From NCBI GenBank assembly GCA_902774815.1, contig CACYJV010000002.1, positions 16,373 through 80,372 on the forward strand: a DNA stretch of 64,000 nucleotides, given 5' to 3'. This DNA comes from an uncultured Prevotellaceae bacterium (GTDB lineage: Bacteria; Bacteroidota; Bacteroidia; Bacteroidales; Bacteroidaceae). Each line of letters begins with the position of its first letter. Positions within the stretch are counted from its first letter, which is position 1. This document shows, piece by piece, positions 53,437 to 63,080 of this stretch. The notes beneath the pieces are model-generated. The model had not been told where the DNA came from, did not search any database, and saw nothing but the letters and a program-made list of their open reading frames with translations. A program made the position numbers and the translations under genes.

Positions 53437-56088
53437 TCACTTCACCCTGATGGCACAGACCGTGTAGGGCATTAGCGTTACGCATTTTCCACTGATGTCG
53501 ACGCAACGCTCTGCAGGCAGATGGGCATCATCGTTGTAGTGAGTCACCGTTTTGTCAGCCGGTTGAGCCGTGAAGGCCTCAATATGGGCATTGGATTCAA
53601 TGGCCAGACCTTCAACATTGACCGACAACTCGCGCGGAAGGGCATTGACAAGTTTCAGATAGGTCGCACCCGTCTTGCTGTCGCGAACGACGCTCGATGC
53701 CATTCTCAACAATAAACTGTCATCTGTCGTCGGTAAACCGTCAACTGTCAATTGCGAACTCACGTACCTGTCGCCACTATGATTGCCAAAAAGGTGCTGC
53801 GTGTGGTAGGAAGGCGTGAGCTGGAGCGACGTGTTGTCGAAGTAAATCATGTCGGGATTCCAGTTGTGATGGCCTTCCTTGGCCAACAAAGGCGCATAGC
53901 TGGACATCTCAACGATGTCGCCGTTGCGCTCGATGTTGCAGAGATAGAGCGCCTCAGCCAATGCCGACTCATGGGTACGCGTGCGCGATGCATATTCGCC
54001 CACATAGACTTTCGGTCCCTTTCTGTCGTAATTATCATAGTAGTCCTGATGGTGTATGAACCATGCGGGCGACTCATAGTAGTGTTCATCGATCATGTGG
54101 AAGAGGTCTTTGTGCTTGTTGGCAAACTCCCAACCTTCGATATAGTCGGCCGATGGGAAGTGGAAAGGTCCAGCGGTGCCACAGAGTAATATCTCAGGAT
54201 GGCGCTCGCGAAGAGCCTTGGCAATCATCTCGCAACGCTCTTCGAATACCGTGGAGATGATATCCTCATTGCCGATGCCAAGATACTTCATGTTGAACGG
54301 AGCCGGATGACCGGCATCGGCACGCATCTTGGCCCATTTCGACGTGGCGGGATCTCCGTTTGCCCACTCAATGAGGTGACATAGCTCATCAATGTAGGCA
54401 GGCATCTCCTCCATAGGAATGCCTCCCTGCTGACCACCGAATCCTTCGGCATTAGGAGCAGAGTTCTGGCAAGGTACGCCAGCCGCAAGTACGGGCAGCG
54501 GTTCAGCCCCGATGTCCTCGCAAAACTGGAAGTATTCAAAGAATCCCAGTCCACGTGTCTGGTGGTAATTCCAGATGTTCATGTCAGGTTTACGGTCCTG
54601 CCAGGGGCCAACGGTATGGTTCCAATGGTAAATGTTGTCGATTCCCTGGCCATGACTCATGCAACCACCTGGGAAACGTACGAACTTCGGCTTTAGCGAA
54701 GCTATGGCCTCAGCCAAGTCTTTACGGAGTCCATGTCCCTTATAAGTGTCTTGTGGAAAGAGCGAAATCATGTCAAGTGCTGCCTGACCGCCCTTCTTGC
54801 CCACTATGCGTAGCTGACATCGCTTCACGTCGTCTTCCGTAATCACAGCGGCTTGCTGTCGTTTCAGTTTCTTGTCGGTGTCGAGTACGAGCGTATAGCG
54901 TTGCCAACCCTCGCCTTCAGCCTTAAGTTTGCCTTCGCCCATCACGGTGCCATCCTCGGCTACAAGGGCAACTGTGAACTGCTTCTTCTTGCATCCTATG
55001 AGACGAATGTAGCAGGAAAAATTGTAGCGTGCCCCTTCATCAATGATGCCATCCCAGCCACTATTCAACAGGGTGTCGGCATCTATCACCACATGATGAG
55101 GATTATTCGTTGACAAAGGCAGGTCGGTAGCCAGTTTAACGCCTGCCGATGTATTCCAAGCAGTCAGTGAATTCCACCCGCGATGATCCTTGTTTGTATA
55201 CTCAAAGTCACGGTTTTGCACCAGTTCAGCATAGAGTCCGCCATCGGCCGCATAGCTAATGTCCTCGAAGAATACGCCGATGAGTTTGTCGCTGATAGCC
55301 TTCTCGGCCGTGGCATCGACCTTCAGCGTTGCCGCAACCCTGTCAGGAAGAGAAGAGAAACGCTTGGCATCGTCGCGCATGGACTCGCGGTTGAGCACGT
55401 CTTCCCTGGCCATGGCTCCAAACCATTGACGGATGAAGTCGAGATGGATCTTTGGCACGTCAAAGAGGTCGCCTTCATACATCTTTGCCTCGCCTCCGCC
55501 CAACGGAACGATGTTAGCACTACCACGAAGCCAAGCCACGTCGTCGATGGTGCTCAGGGTTGATTCCTCCTTGAATTGTCGGAAGTCAGCCGATGCCTGC
55601 ACATAGTGCTTTCCACCTTGTCGATCCTTGTAATAGATGTCGAACGTTCCGTCGTCCATCGCAAAGATAATGGGCTCCAAGCACCCCTTCTGCGACATGT
55701 GAGGGTAGTCCTGAGGTCGCCATGTGACGAGGTCGTCGCTATAGGCAGCTGCAAAACAAGGCGCCGTGTCGTTCACGCCGAACACCAGTCTCCACGAGCC
55801 ATCATTGGCATGAACCACCGAAGGCCTGTACATGCGTTTCTCGCTTCCCCATTGGGCATAGTCAGAACCGCATAGCTGCCCCACCTCCTGCCACGTGTCG
55901 TTCTCCGTCAGGTAAGCCAGATGGAGTCCGTCCTTCACACCTGGCGAATAGATGAACACCTGGCACGTCGTGTCGACACCGATCGTGTAAAAAGGAGTCT
56001 GAGCCCATGCGGCCTGGCTCCATGCCATCAAGGCCAAGGCAACCACTATGATTGCCCCGGCTCTTCGTTTCCCACAAAAATGTTTCAT
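53437..56088 (-). CDS. Alpha-L-arabinofuranosidase (GH51-like) with an extra N-terminal domain
   Basis: Signal peptide. GGLYAELVQNRDFE, RFPGGC, LGIGNED and VYVGEYA are GH51-type motifs. Confidence 0.65.
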   Translation of the reverse strand: MKHFCGKRRAGAIIVVALALMAWSQAAWAQTPFYTIGVDTTCQVFIYSPGVKDGLHLAYLTENDTWQEVGQLCGSDYAQWGSEKRMYRPSVVHANDGSWRLVFGVNDTAPCFAAAYSDDLVTWRPQDYPHMSQKGCLEPIIFAMDDGTFDIYYKDRQGGKHYVQASADFRQFKEESTLSTIDDVAWLRGSANIVPLGGGEAKMYEGDLFDVPKIHLDFIRQWFGAMAREDVLNRESMRDDAKRFSSLPDRVAATLKVDATAEKAISDKLIGVFFEDISYAADGGLYAELVQNRDFEYTNKDHRGWNSLTAWNTSAGVKLATDLPLSTNNPHHVVIDADTLLNSGWDGIIDEGARYNFSCYIRLIGCKKKQFTVALVAEDGTVMGEGKLKAEGEGWQRYTLVLDTDKKLKRQQAAVITEDDVKRCQLRIVGKKGGQAALDMISLFPQDTYKGHGLRKDLAEAIASLKPKFVRFPGGCMSHGQGIDNIYHWNHTVGPWQDRKPDMNIWNYHQTRGLGFFEYFQFCEDIGAEPLPVLAAGVPCQNSAPNAEGFGGQQGGIPMEEMPAYIDELCHLIEWANGDPATSKWAKMRADAGHPAPFNMKYLGIGNEDIISTVFEERCEMIAKALRERHPEILLCGTAGPFHFPSADYIEGWEFANKHKDLFHMIDEHYYESPAWFIHHQDYYDNYDRKGPKVYVGEYASRTRTHESALAEALYLCNIERNGDIVEMSSYAPLLAKEGHHNWNPDMIYFDNTSLQLTPSYHTQHLFGNHSGDRYVSSQLTVDGLPTTDDSLLLRMASSVVRDSKTGATYLKLVNALPRELSVNVEGLAIESNAHIEAFTAQPADKTVTHYNDDAHLPAERCVDISGKCVTLMPYTVCAIRVK

Positions 56089-56158
56089 TCGTTTTACTAT
56101 CTTGAAAGGTTTTTAGCTCAAGCAGGGCAAAATGCTCATGCAGGACAAAAAGCGAACA

Positions 56159-56317
56159 TCAAGCCTCGCTGAACTCGTCCTTGCCTACGCCACAGAGCGG
56201 GCACACCCAGTCGGAGGGCAGGTCGTCGAAAGCTGTTCCGGGAGCGATGCCGTTCTCAGGATCGCCTACTTCGGGGTCATACTCATAGCCACAAACGTCG
56301 CAAATGTACTTCTTCAT
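56159..56317 (-). CDS. Rubredoxin
   Basis: [43 protein letters not shown] with two CxxC pairs. Internal ATG 56317 is preferred over ORF start 56359. Confidence 0.9.
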   Translation of the reverse strand: MKKYICDVCGYEYDPEVGDPENGIAPGTAFDDLPSDWVCPLCGVGKDEFSEA

Positions 56318-56410
56318 AATGATGGTTGTTTTTTTTATTATTATTAATGAGTGAAACAAATCGTCTGAACGGTGTGTCAGGACAAACAGCCTGGACGGTG
56401 TGTCGGGACG

Positions 56411-59400
56411 TCAGCGGACGATGGTCTTCTGACGGTTGACGATGTAGATGCCTTTGGGGAGGTTACCTTGTGACCTTGTTACCTTGTCACCTTGAATACG
56501 GCGCCCGCTGAGGTCGTAGACGGGATCCTGCGCTGCGGGATGGCGAGGGCCGGACGGGGTGGTGATGCCGAGGTCGACAGCCGGATGCAGCGTCACGGTG
56601 AAATCGCTCACGCAGAGGTAACGGCTGTTGGCACTGCCCTGAGAGGCAATGGAGAAGGTGGCGGACTGGTCGTGAAGGCCGTCGGCACCGAACTCGCGCC
56701 ACTCGGTGGTGACGGGGGTTACGGAGTTCTGGGCGTTATAGAGCAGATAGGGCTCGTTGGCCGTGAAGAGGCGCGTCTGCATGCTATAGGCCTTCACGTA
56801 GTAACCCTCGGGTGCGGTGATGGTGACGACGTCGGTGGCTCCAGGTGCCGACGGCTGCAGCGCCAGCACATAGCGCGAATAGATGCCGGAGGCCTGGCCG
56901 AACTGTGCCGTAGGACTGCTGAGCTCGACGCCGCCGATGCCATTGTCGGCATGGCTGGTCCAGCGGTGAGCCCAGGGCGTGGCATCCCACGAGCCATAGC
57001 TTTCGGGGGCATTGACGTCGTCGGTGCCGGCAATGCGGATGGTGACGTCGTCGGGCGAGGGAGGATAGACCTCGCGGATGGCAAACTGGCACCCGGTGTC
57101 GGTGATGTCGTTGCCGAGGGTCGACGTATTGCTCCAGTTATAGATAGGGGTATTGGTGAGGTTGGTCTGATTGAGCTCGACGGTGCCGCTTGTGACGATG
57201 AGCATGCCTATGGTGGAGGCTGGCTTCAGCGTCCAGCCTGCCGAGGGCTGCTGGGCGGAGGTACGCACCTGGGTGTTATAGGTAGCCACCGGCGAGATGT
57301 AGGAGAGGTCGGCACGGTTGACGATGTCGAAGGAGCCGTCGGCACGGCTGACGAACTTCCACATCATGCGGTCAGAGCCGGTCTTGCCGTTGCCGGTCAG
57401 CCCCATGCCGGCACCATTACTGTGCATATAGCGACTGCCACGCAGCGACGAGCAGAGGCTGTACCAGTGCTCCTCGACATCGGTGCTGGCAGTCGGCAGG
57501 ATAGGGCCCTCAGTGCGGCAGACCTGCTCGAAGAGTTCGTAGGCGGCATTGAGGCGCTGCATCTGCGCGGCGCGCTCGTCGGCCGGGAGCTGACTGCCGA
57601 GGGTATGCTCGATGTCGGCCATCTCCTGCATGAGCGGTTCGGCCAGCAGCTCGTCGTAATAGCCGGGCTCGGTGCCTACGACCTGGGCGACCAGATGGCG
57701 CAGCTCGGCGATGCGCGACGAGAGTGCCTCAGCCTGCTCGTCGAGTATCTGCCGGGGCGAATAGACGAGTCCGTCGAGGGCATGACGGCCCTCGGTGTCG
57801 GTGATGACGAAGGTGAACATCCACTTGTTCAGCCGCACATTCGAGGCGCTGACGTAAGGCAGCTTCATGAACACCTTGTTCCAGCCCTGCTTGAGGGTGA
57901 TGGCAACGGGCGGACGGGCGGAGGCATTCTCGTTGCGGAGGGGAGTCTCGTTGGTGATGCTCTTGCCGGCGTTCTCCCACTGCGGACCGGGCAGCTCGAC
58001 ATCGTTCAGCCAGATGCGCGACCCCTTGCGGTCCCACTGTCCGTTGGCCGGGGTGAGGTCTTTCTCGGAGCGCGAATAGTTCTGGAACTCGATGATGGCA
58101 CCTGCCTGCTGCTCGCGGGGCGAATAGACATAGGTCCAGGCATAGGCAGTGGTGTTGAGCTGCGGATTGGCGTAATAGCCCGGCACGATGGTTCCCCAGA
58201 CGTGGCGCAGGTAGACGCCGGCTCCCGTGGCACGGCCTGTGCCGTAGGTCTGGCCGAGGTAGGTGTAGCTGTCACGCGGGCCCTCGGTCTCGGGGGGCAG
58301 CACGAGGGAGGCATCGCCGCCATTGGGGAAGGCATCGGTGATCTGCCAACGGACATTGGTCTGGCGGACATAGGGGATGGACTCTGAACGAAGGCTGTTG
58401 TCCTTATGGAACAGGAAGCGGCGCTCCCAATCGCAGAACTCGTCGTACTCGCTGCCCGACCCCGGCAGCACGGCCCCGCCCTGCTCGACGTACTGCCGGC
58501 CGCCACCCATCCAGGTGCGCTCGGCAGTGGCAAGCATGTTGGCCCAGACGTTGTTCTGCCGCATGATGCCCTCCTCGGTCTCGATGTAGCGGTCGTTCCA
58601 GACGGCTGTGACCGACCCTGCCACGTCGGCACTGCCCTGCTGCGCATAATAGACGTTGCTGCGGTAGATGCCGGCGAGATCGGCGAAGAGGTCGAAATGG
58701 TTAATGTAGTTATAGCGGCAGTCGATGTTGGGCATGCCGGCGATGACCTTGCCTGACGAACTCCACATCTGCGTCATGTCGGCACCGGTGGACGTCGTGA
58801 TGGTGACGCCGCTGATGGGATTCCACACGACGACCTTCTTGCCTAACGAATGGATGTGGCCGGTCATCGTGCTGAGGAAATTAGGATAGGTGATAGCCTG
58901 CTCGTCGGCACCGATATGGATGTAGGGTGCATGCTCGAAGACGGCGGCCACCTCGGTGAGGATGTTCTTCAGCTCCTCAATGCCCTGGCTGGTCTGCATG
59001 GAGTGGCCCATGGCGCGCTGGAAAGCCTGGCTGTGGCCGGGCATGTCGATCTCGGGAATGATGGTGATGCCGCAGTTGTAGGCCAGCTGCTCGAGCTCAC
59101 GACACTGTTCCTGCGTGTAGTAACAGCCAGCGAAACGCGTCATCGACGAGGCTTCGGTGAGCTGCGGATACTGCTTCACCTCGAAGCGCCACGCCTGGTT
59201 CTCGGTGAGGTGGAAGTGGAATGTGTTCACCTTGAAGCGGGCCAGCAGGGGAAGCTGCCGCTTCAGGGTCTCAAAACTGATGAAGGAGCGCCCGATGTCG
59301 TGCATCAGACCGCGCAGCTTGAATGCCGGCCAATCGGTGATGGTGCAACACTCCAGTGCGGGCTCGCCCTCACAGCCTTCGGCCAACTGGGCCAGTGTCT

Positions 59401-59779
59401 GCACGGCATGGATGACGCCCAGCTCGCTGACGGCCTTAATGGTGATGCCTGTCGGGGCGACATCGAGCTGATAAGCCTCGTCGGGATAGCCTTCGAGGGG
59501 ATAGTCGTAAGCCCCTTCGATGGTGCTTACCAGCTCGATGGCGACGGGCACGGCCGAGGGCTCGTCGCTGACCTGCTGACCCATGATCAGGGCAAAGGCG
59601 GCGGCGATGCGTTCCGACTGCGGCGTGGCGAAGCTGATCTTCCCGTTCAATGCGAGGGGTGCGTCGACACGCTCGACCACCTGCTTGGGTTTCGGCAGCA
59701 GATGTGTAAGCTTAGCTTGCGATGTGGTGACTGCAGCCATGAGGACTGCCACGACGACGAGCACTTTCTTCATCTCCAT
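56411..59779 (-). CDS. Beta-N-acetylhexosaminidase (GH20) with long C-terminal extension and T9SS C-terminal domain
   Basis: Signal peptide. LRGLMHDIGRSF, NTFHFHLTENQAWR and HIGADE. C-terminal LPKGIYIVNRQKTIVR. Confidence 0.8.
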   Translation of the reverse strand: MEMKKVLVVVAVLMAAVTTSQAKLTHLLPKPKQVVERVDAPLALNGKISFATPQSERIAAAFALIMGQQVSDEPSAVPVAIELVSTIEGAYDYPLEGYPDEAYQLDVAPTGITIKAVSELGVIHAVQTLAQLAEGCEGEPALECCTITDWPAFKLRGLMHDIGRSFISFETLKRQLPLLARFKVNTFHFHLTENQAWRFEVKQYPQLTEASSMTRFAGCYYTQEQCRELEQLAYNCGITIIPEIDMPGHSQAFQRAMGHSMQTSQGIEELKNILTEVAAVFEHAPYIHIGADEQAITYPNFLSTMTGHIHSLGKKVVVWNPISGVTITTSTGADMTQMWSSSGKVIAGMPNIDCRYNYINHFDLFADLAGIYRSNVYYAQQGSADVAGSVTAVWNDRYIETEEGIMRQNNVWANMLATAERTWMGGGRQYVEQGGAVLPGSGSEYDEFCDWERRFLFHKDNSLRSESIPYVRQTNVRWQITDAFPNGGDASLVLPPETEGPRDSYTYLGQTYGTGRATGAGVYLRHVWGTIVPGYYANPQLNTTAYAWTYVYSPREQQAGAIIEFQNYSRSEKDLTPANGQWDRKGSRIWLNDVELPGPQWENAGKSITNETPLRNENASARPPVAITLKQGWNKVFMKLPYVSASNVRLNKWMFTFVITDTEGRHALDGLVYSPRQILDEQAEALSSRIAELRHLVAQVVGTEPGYYDELLAEPLMQEMADIEHTLGSQLPADERAAQMQRLNAAYELFEQVCRTEGPILPTASTDVEEHWYSLCSSLRGSRYMHSNGAGMGLTGNGKTGSDRMMWKFVSRADGSFDIVNRADLSYISPVATYNTQVRTSAQQPSAGWTLKPASTIGMLIVTSGTVELNQTNLTNTPIYNWSNTSTLGNDITDTGCQFAIREVYPPSPDDVTIRIAGTDDVNAPESYGSWDATPWAHRWTSHADNGIGGVELSSPTAQFGQASGIYSRYVLALQPSAPGATDVVTITAPEGYYVKAYSMQTRLFTANEPYLLYNAQNSVTPVTTEWREFGADGLHDQSATFSIASQGSANSRYLCVSDFTVTLHPAVDLGITTPSGPRHPAAQDPVYDLSGRRIQGDKVTRSQGNLPKGIYIVNRQKTIVR

Positions 59780-59803
59780 AGTGTTGATAGTTTGAATGCG
59801 GGC

Positions 59804-59875
59804 GGCGGGCCCTGAGTTGTTGAACGCAGGCCGTGAGCCCTGAATTGTTGAACGTTGGCCGTGAGCCCTGAGTGA
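59804..59875. repeat. About 2.7 direct repeats of 28 bp (ggccgtgagccctga(a/g)ttgttgaacg)
   Basis: ccctga(g/a) recurs at about 59810, 59838 and 59866. Located upstream of the GH20 start (59779, minus strand). Confidence 0.7.
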
Positions 59876-59876
59876 T

Positions 59877-59927
59877 AATAAAAAAGGTGTAAGTGTGCGT
59901 GGGTTTTCGCCTGCGCAACACTTACAC
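59877..59927 (-). terminator. Terminator after the 2-oxoacid:ferredoxin oxidoreductase operon
   Basis: On the minus strand, gtgtaagtgt...acacttacac (10-bp stem) is followed by cttttttatt. Confidence 0.7.
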
Positions 59928-59990
59928 GCTTATAGGTGTTACTCTCGGTGGCGATTCCGCCTGTGGAAACCGCCGTGAGGGAGAGGAGGG

Positions 59991-60533
59991 TCAGAGCTTC
60001 GTGATGATCTTCATGCCCTCGTCGACAGCCTGCATGTTGAGGGGGATGAGGCCGTGGTGACGCTCAGGCAGCGACTTGAAGAGAGCCTTCTCCAGTCCGT
60101 TGGTGGTGACCACGGGGCACACCTTCAGCAGTCCGCCCAGCACGATCATGTTGAACACCTTCGAATTCTTCATCTCGGCAGCCTTGTCCATGGCGTCGAT
60201 GCGATAGATGTTGATGTCGTCGCGCTGAGGAGCCGTGGCTATGCCGAAACCATCGTAGATGAGGATGCCACCGGGTTTCACCTTCGGCAGGAACTTGTCG
60301 AGCGAGGGCTGGTTGAGCACGATGGCCACATCATACTTGCTAAGAATGGGAGACGAGATGCGCTCATCGCTGACTATTACCGTCACGTTGGCCGTACCAC
60401 CGCGCTGCTCTGGTCCGTAAGCCGGCATCCACGTCACTTCTTTATCTTCCATAAGTCCGGAGTAAGCCAGGATCTTTCCCATGGAGAGCACGCCCTGACC
60501 ACCGAAACCTGAAATTATGATTTCCTTTTTCAT
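59991..60533 (-). CDS. 2-oxoacid:ferredoxin oxidoreductase, gamma subunit
   Basis: 180 aa. IIISGFGGQGVLSMGKILA...PEQRGG is typical of the gamma subunit. Confidence 0.85.
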   Translation of the reverse strand: MKKEIIISGFGGQGVLSMGKILAYSGLMEDKEVTWMPAYGPEQRGGTANVTVIVSDERISSPILSKYDVAIVLNQPSLDKFLPKVKPGGILIYDGFGIATAPQRDDINIYRIDAMDKAAEMKNSKVFNMIVLGGLLKVCPVVTTNGLEKALFKSLPERHHGLIPLNMQAVDEGMKIITKL

Positions 60534-60553
60534 TGTCGATTGTCGATTTTCAA

Positions 60554-61318
60554 TTAAAGACTCGTGGTGTCTTTTAAGTCACCCTTTACATATTTCTCAA
60601 ACATGTGCTCCTTCATCCACTCGTTGGCCTTGGCGGGCGAGAGCTTCCAGCCGCTGTTGCAGGTGGAGACAATCTCGACGAGCGACGAGCCTTTGCCCGA
60701 CATGGAGTTTTCGAAAGCCTTGCGAATGGCGGCCTTTGCCTTGCGGATGGAGGGCACCGATTCAACGGACTGACGCGTGACGTAGCAGGTGCCTTCGAGG
60801 CGCGAGGCCAGGTCGGTGATGTTGAGCGGATAGCCGTGGAGGTCGGCCTGACGACCGTAAGGACAGGTGGCCGTCTTCTGACCGAGCAGCGTGGTGGGGG
60901 CCATCTGTCCGCCGGTCATGCCATAGATGGCATTGTTGATGAAGATCATGGCAATATGCTCGCCGCGGTTCAGCGCATGGATGGCCTCGGCGGTGCCGAT
61001 GCAGGCCATGTCGCCATCACCCTGATAGGTGAACACGAGGCGGTTGGGCCACAGACGCTTGATGGCGGTAGCCACGGCGGGAGCACGTCCATGGGCGGCC
61101 TCCTGCCAGTCGATATCGATATACTTATAGGCGAACACGGCGCAGCCTACGGGCGAGACGCCGATGGTCTTGTCGGCCATACCCATTTCTTCAATCACCT
61201 CGGCCACGAGCTTGTGGACGACACCATGAGAACAGCCCGGGCAATAGTGCATGGGCACATCGTTCATCAGGGTTGGTTTCTGATAAACCAGATTTTCAGG
61301 ACTGATTATATTTTCCAT
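60554..61318 (-). CDS. 2-oxoacid:ferredoxin oxidoreductase, beta (TPP-binding) subunit
   Basis: YCPGCSHG and GDGDMACIG TPP motifs. Its ATG overlaps the alpha subunit stop (TAATG at 61316-61320). Confidence 0.85.
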   Translation of the reverse strand: MENIISPENLVYQKPTLMNDVPMHYCPGCSHGVVHKLVAEVIEEMGMADKTIGVSPVGCAVFAYKYIDIDWQEAAHGRAPAVATAIKRLWPNRLVFTYQGDGDMACIGTAEAIHALNRGEHIAMIFINNAIYGMTGGQMAPTTLLGQKTATCPYGRQADLHGYPLNITDLASRLEGTCYVTRQSVESVPSIRKAKAAIRKAFENSMSGKGSSLVEIVSTCNSGWKLSPAKANEWMKEHMFEKYVKGDLKDTTSL

Positions 61319-62400
61319 TAGAACTTCTCTTTTAAGGCTTTAACAATTTCATCGGGCTCGGGAACGATACCTCCGAGACGACCGAAATGAGCAACTGGCA
61401 CAGCGCCATTCACTGAGAGGCGGACATCCTCAACCATCTGTCCGGCATTGATCTCGACCACGAGAACACCCTTCTTGCCCTTGGCGGCGGCGGCAATCTC
61501 CTTCTCGGGGAACGGCCACAACGTGATGGGGCGGAACAGGCCTACCTTCAGACCTTCTTCCTTGGCAAGCTCCATGGCTTTCTCGGCGATGCGGGCGGCA
61601 CTACCGAAAGCAACAATCATATAGTCGTCGTCCTCGTCGAGATTGGTGGTCTCGAAGCGCACCTCGTTGTCGCGAATCTGCTGGTACTTCTCTTGCAGGT
61701 GCAGGTTGCGTTGCTCCATGACTTCAGAAGTCAGTTCGAGCGAGGTGATAATGTTGGGCTGGCGGTCCTTCGTGCGGCCGGTGGTTGCCCAGGGGCACTC
61801 CTTCAGGATCTCCTCCTCGGTGCGGCGGGGCTTGAACGGCGGCAGCACCACCTTCTCCATCATCTGACCGATGACACCGTCAGAGAGGATCATGGCAGGA
61901 TTACGGTATTTGAAAGCGAGCTCGAAGGCCAGGTCGACAAAGTCGGCCATCTCCTGCACGGAGTTCGGGGCAAGCGTGATGACGTAGTAGTCGCCATTGC
62001 CACCGCCGCGCGTAGCCTGGAAATAGTCGCTCTGCGAGGGCTGTATGGTGCCCAGGCCGGGGCCGCCACGCTGTACGTTTACAAACACGCCCGGCAGCTC
62101 GGCACCGGCCATGTAGGCAATGCCTTCCTGCATCAGGGCTACACCTGGCGACGACGACGAGGTAAGCACTTTCTTACCTGCACCGGCACCGCCGTAAATC
62201 ATGTTGATCGAGGCCACCTCGCTCTCGGCCTGCAGCACCACCATGCCGGTGGTCTCCCAGGGCTTCAGCTCGGCGAGCGTCTCAATCACCTCACTCTGCG
62301 GAGTGATCGGATAGCCGAAATATCCGTCAGCACCACAACGAATGGCTGCATGGGCAATAGCCTCATTGCCTTTCATCAATACAACTTCTTTTTCTGCCAT
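61318..62400 (-). CDS. 2-oxoacid:ferredoxin oxidoreductase, alpha subunit
   Basis: 360 aa. MKGNEAIAHAAIRCGADGYFGYPITPQSE is the typical alpha N-terminus. Confidence 0.85.
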   Translation of the reverse strand: MAEKEVVLMKGNEAIAHAAIRCGADGYFGYPITPQSEVIETLAELKPWETTGMVVLQAESEVASINMIYGGAGAGKKVLTSSSSPGVALMQEGIAYMAGAELPGVFVNVQRGGPGLGTIQPSQSDYFQATRGGGNGDYYVITLAPNSVQEMADFVDLAFELAFKYRNPAMILSDGVIGQMMEKVVLPPFKPRRTEEEILKECPWATTGRTKDRQPNIITSLELTSEVMEQRNLHLQEKYQQIRDNEVRFETTNLDEDDDYMIVAFGSAARIAEKAMELAKEEGLKVGLFRPITLWPFPEKEIAAAAKGKKGVLVVEINAGQMVEDVRLSVNGAVPVAHFGRLGGIVPEPDEIVKALKEKF

Positions 62401-62402
62401 CT

Positions 62403-62633
62403 TTACTCAACCTTTTTTTTGTAAACAGTAATACAACCATCCGGGCACACGATGGCGCACGAGGCGCAACCAATGCACTCATCAGGCAGCGCGGCCTCCA
62501 CGTAAGGATAGCCATGCGCATTCACTTTCTTTTGTGCTAACGCGATGACATTCTTCGGACAGGCAATGATGCACAACTGGCATCCCTTGCATCTCTCCGT
62601 GTTCACCACAATAGCCCCTTTAATCTTTGCCAT
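62403..62633 (-). CDS. 4Fe-4S ferredoxin-type delta subunit
   Basis: Two CxxCxxCxxxCP clusters (CKGCQLCIIACP, CIGCASCAIVCP). Its stop lies 2 nt before the alpha start. Confidence 0.85.
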   Translation of the reverse strand: MAKIKGAIVVNTERCKGCQLCIIACPKNVIALAQKKVNAHGYPYVEAALPDECIGCASCAIVCPDGCITVYKKKVE

Positions 62634-62671
62634 AATGTTTTTGGTTTTAAGGATTAGTTTATAGGTTGTTG

Positions 62672-62679
62672 CAAAAGTA
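62672..62679 (-). promoter_or_regulatory. Candidate -7 box TACTTTTG for the oxidoreductase operon
   Basis: Plus-strand caaaagta, 39 nt upstream of ATG 62633. Confidence 0.45.
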
Positions 62680-62765
62680 GTAATAAAATTCGAAACCGCA
62701 AAGGAAAAGACGAAATTTCTTTTGCATCATATAGATTGTAGCTTCGGATGATTTTACATTCTAAA

Positions 62766-62963
62766 CTATGGATTATAGACATCCTTGCAATAGTAGTTCA
62801 TGATGTCTTGCATCATTCGCAGGGCTTCCACCGCGGGCGATTCGGGGTCGAGTGCGATGGCCTCCATATAGGCATTCATGGCCGACTGGTAGTCGCCATT
62901 ACGCCGGTGCAGGTTGCCTAGCTGATAGTATTCCTCTGATGTCATAGACTTACAATTATACAA
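62766..62963 (-). CDS. Small TPR-like protein
   Basis: YYQLGNLHRRNGDYQSAMNAYMEAIALDP is a single TPR-like unit. Met7 (62945) is an alternative start. Confidence 0.5.
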   Translation of the reverse strand: MYNCKSMTSEEYYQLGNLHRRNGDYQSAMNAYMEAIALDPESPAVEALRMMQDIMNYYCKDVYNP

Positions 62964-63009
62964 GGACGCGGTTCATCACGTCCACATGGTGTTATCCTTT
63001 TTTACCTCT

Positions 63010-63077
63010 GCGGGCAGACACGGGAGTCTGCCCCTACGTTTTTATTTAGCGGGCAGACACGGGAGTCTGCCCCTACA
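63010..63077. repeat. Two tandem REP-like family-1 elements
   Basis: gcgggcagacacgggagtctgcccctac occurs at 63010-63037 and 63049-63076. Each is followed by ttttta on the plus strand. Confidence 0.85.
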
Positions 63078-63080
63078 TTT

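Noticed and set aside
51604-59779. Polysaccharide utilisation locus (PUL) call for the GH43/GH51/GH20 neighbourhood
   Set aside because: There is no SusC/SusD-like pair or hybrid two-component/ECF-anti-sigma sensor adjacent. The genes are on different strands and are interrupted by a rubredoxin gene. I describe them as scattered CAZyme genes instead.
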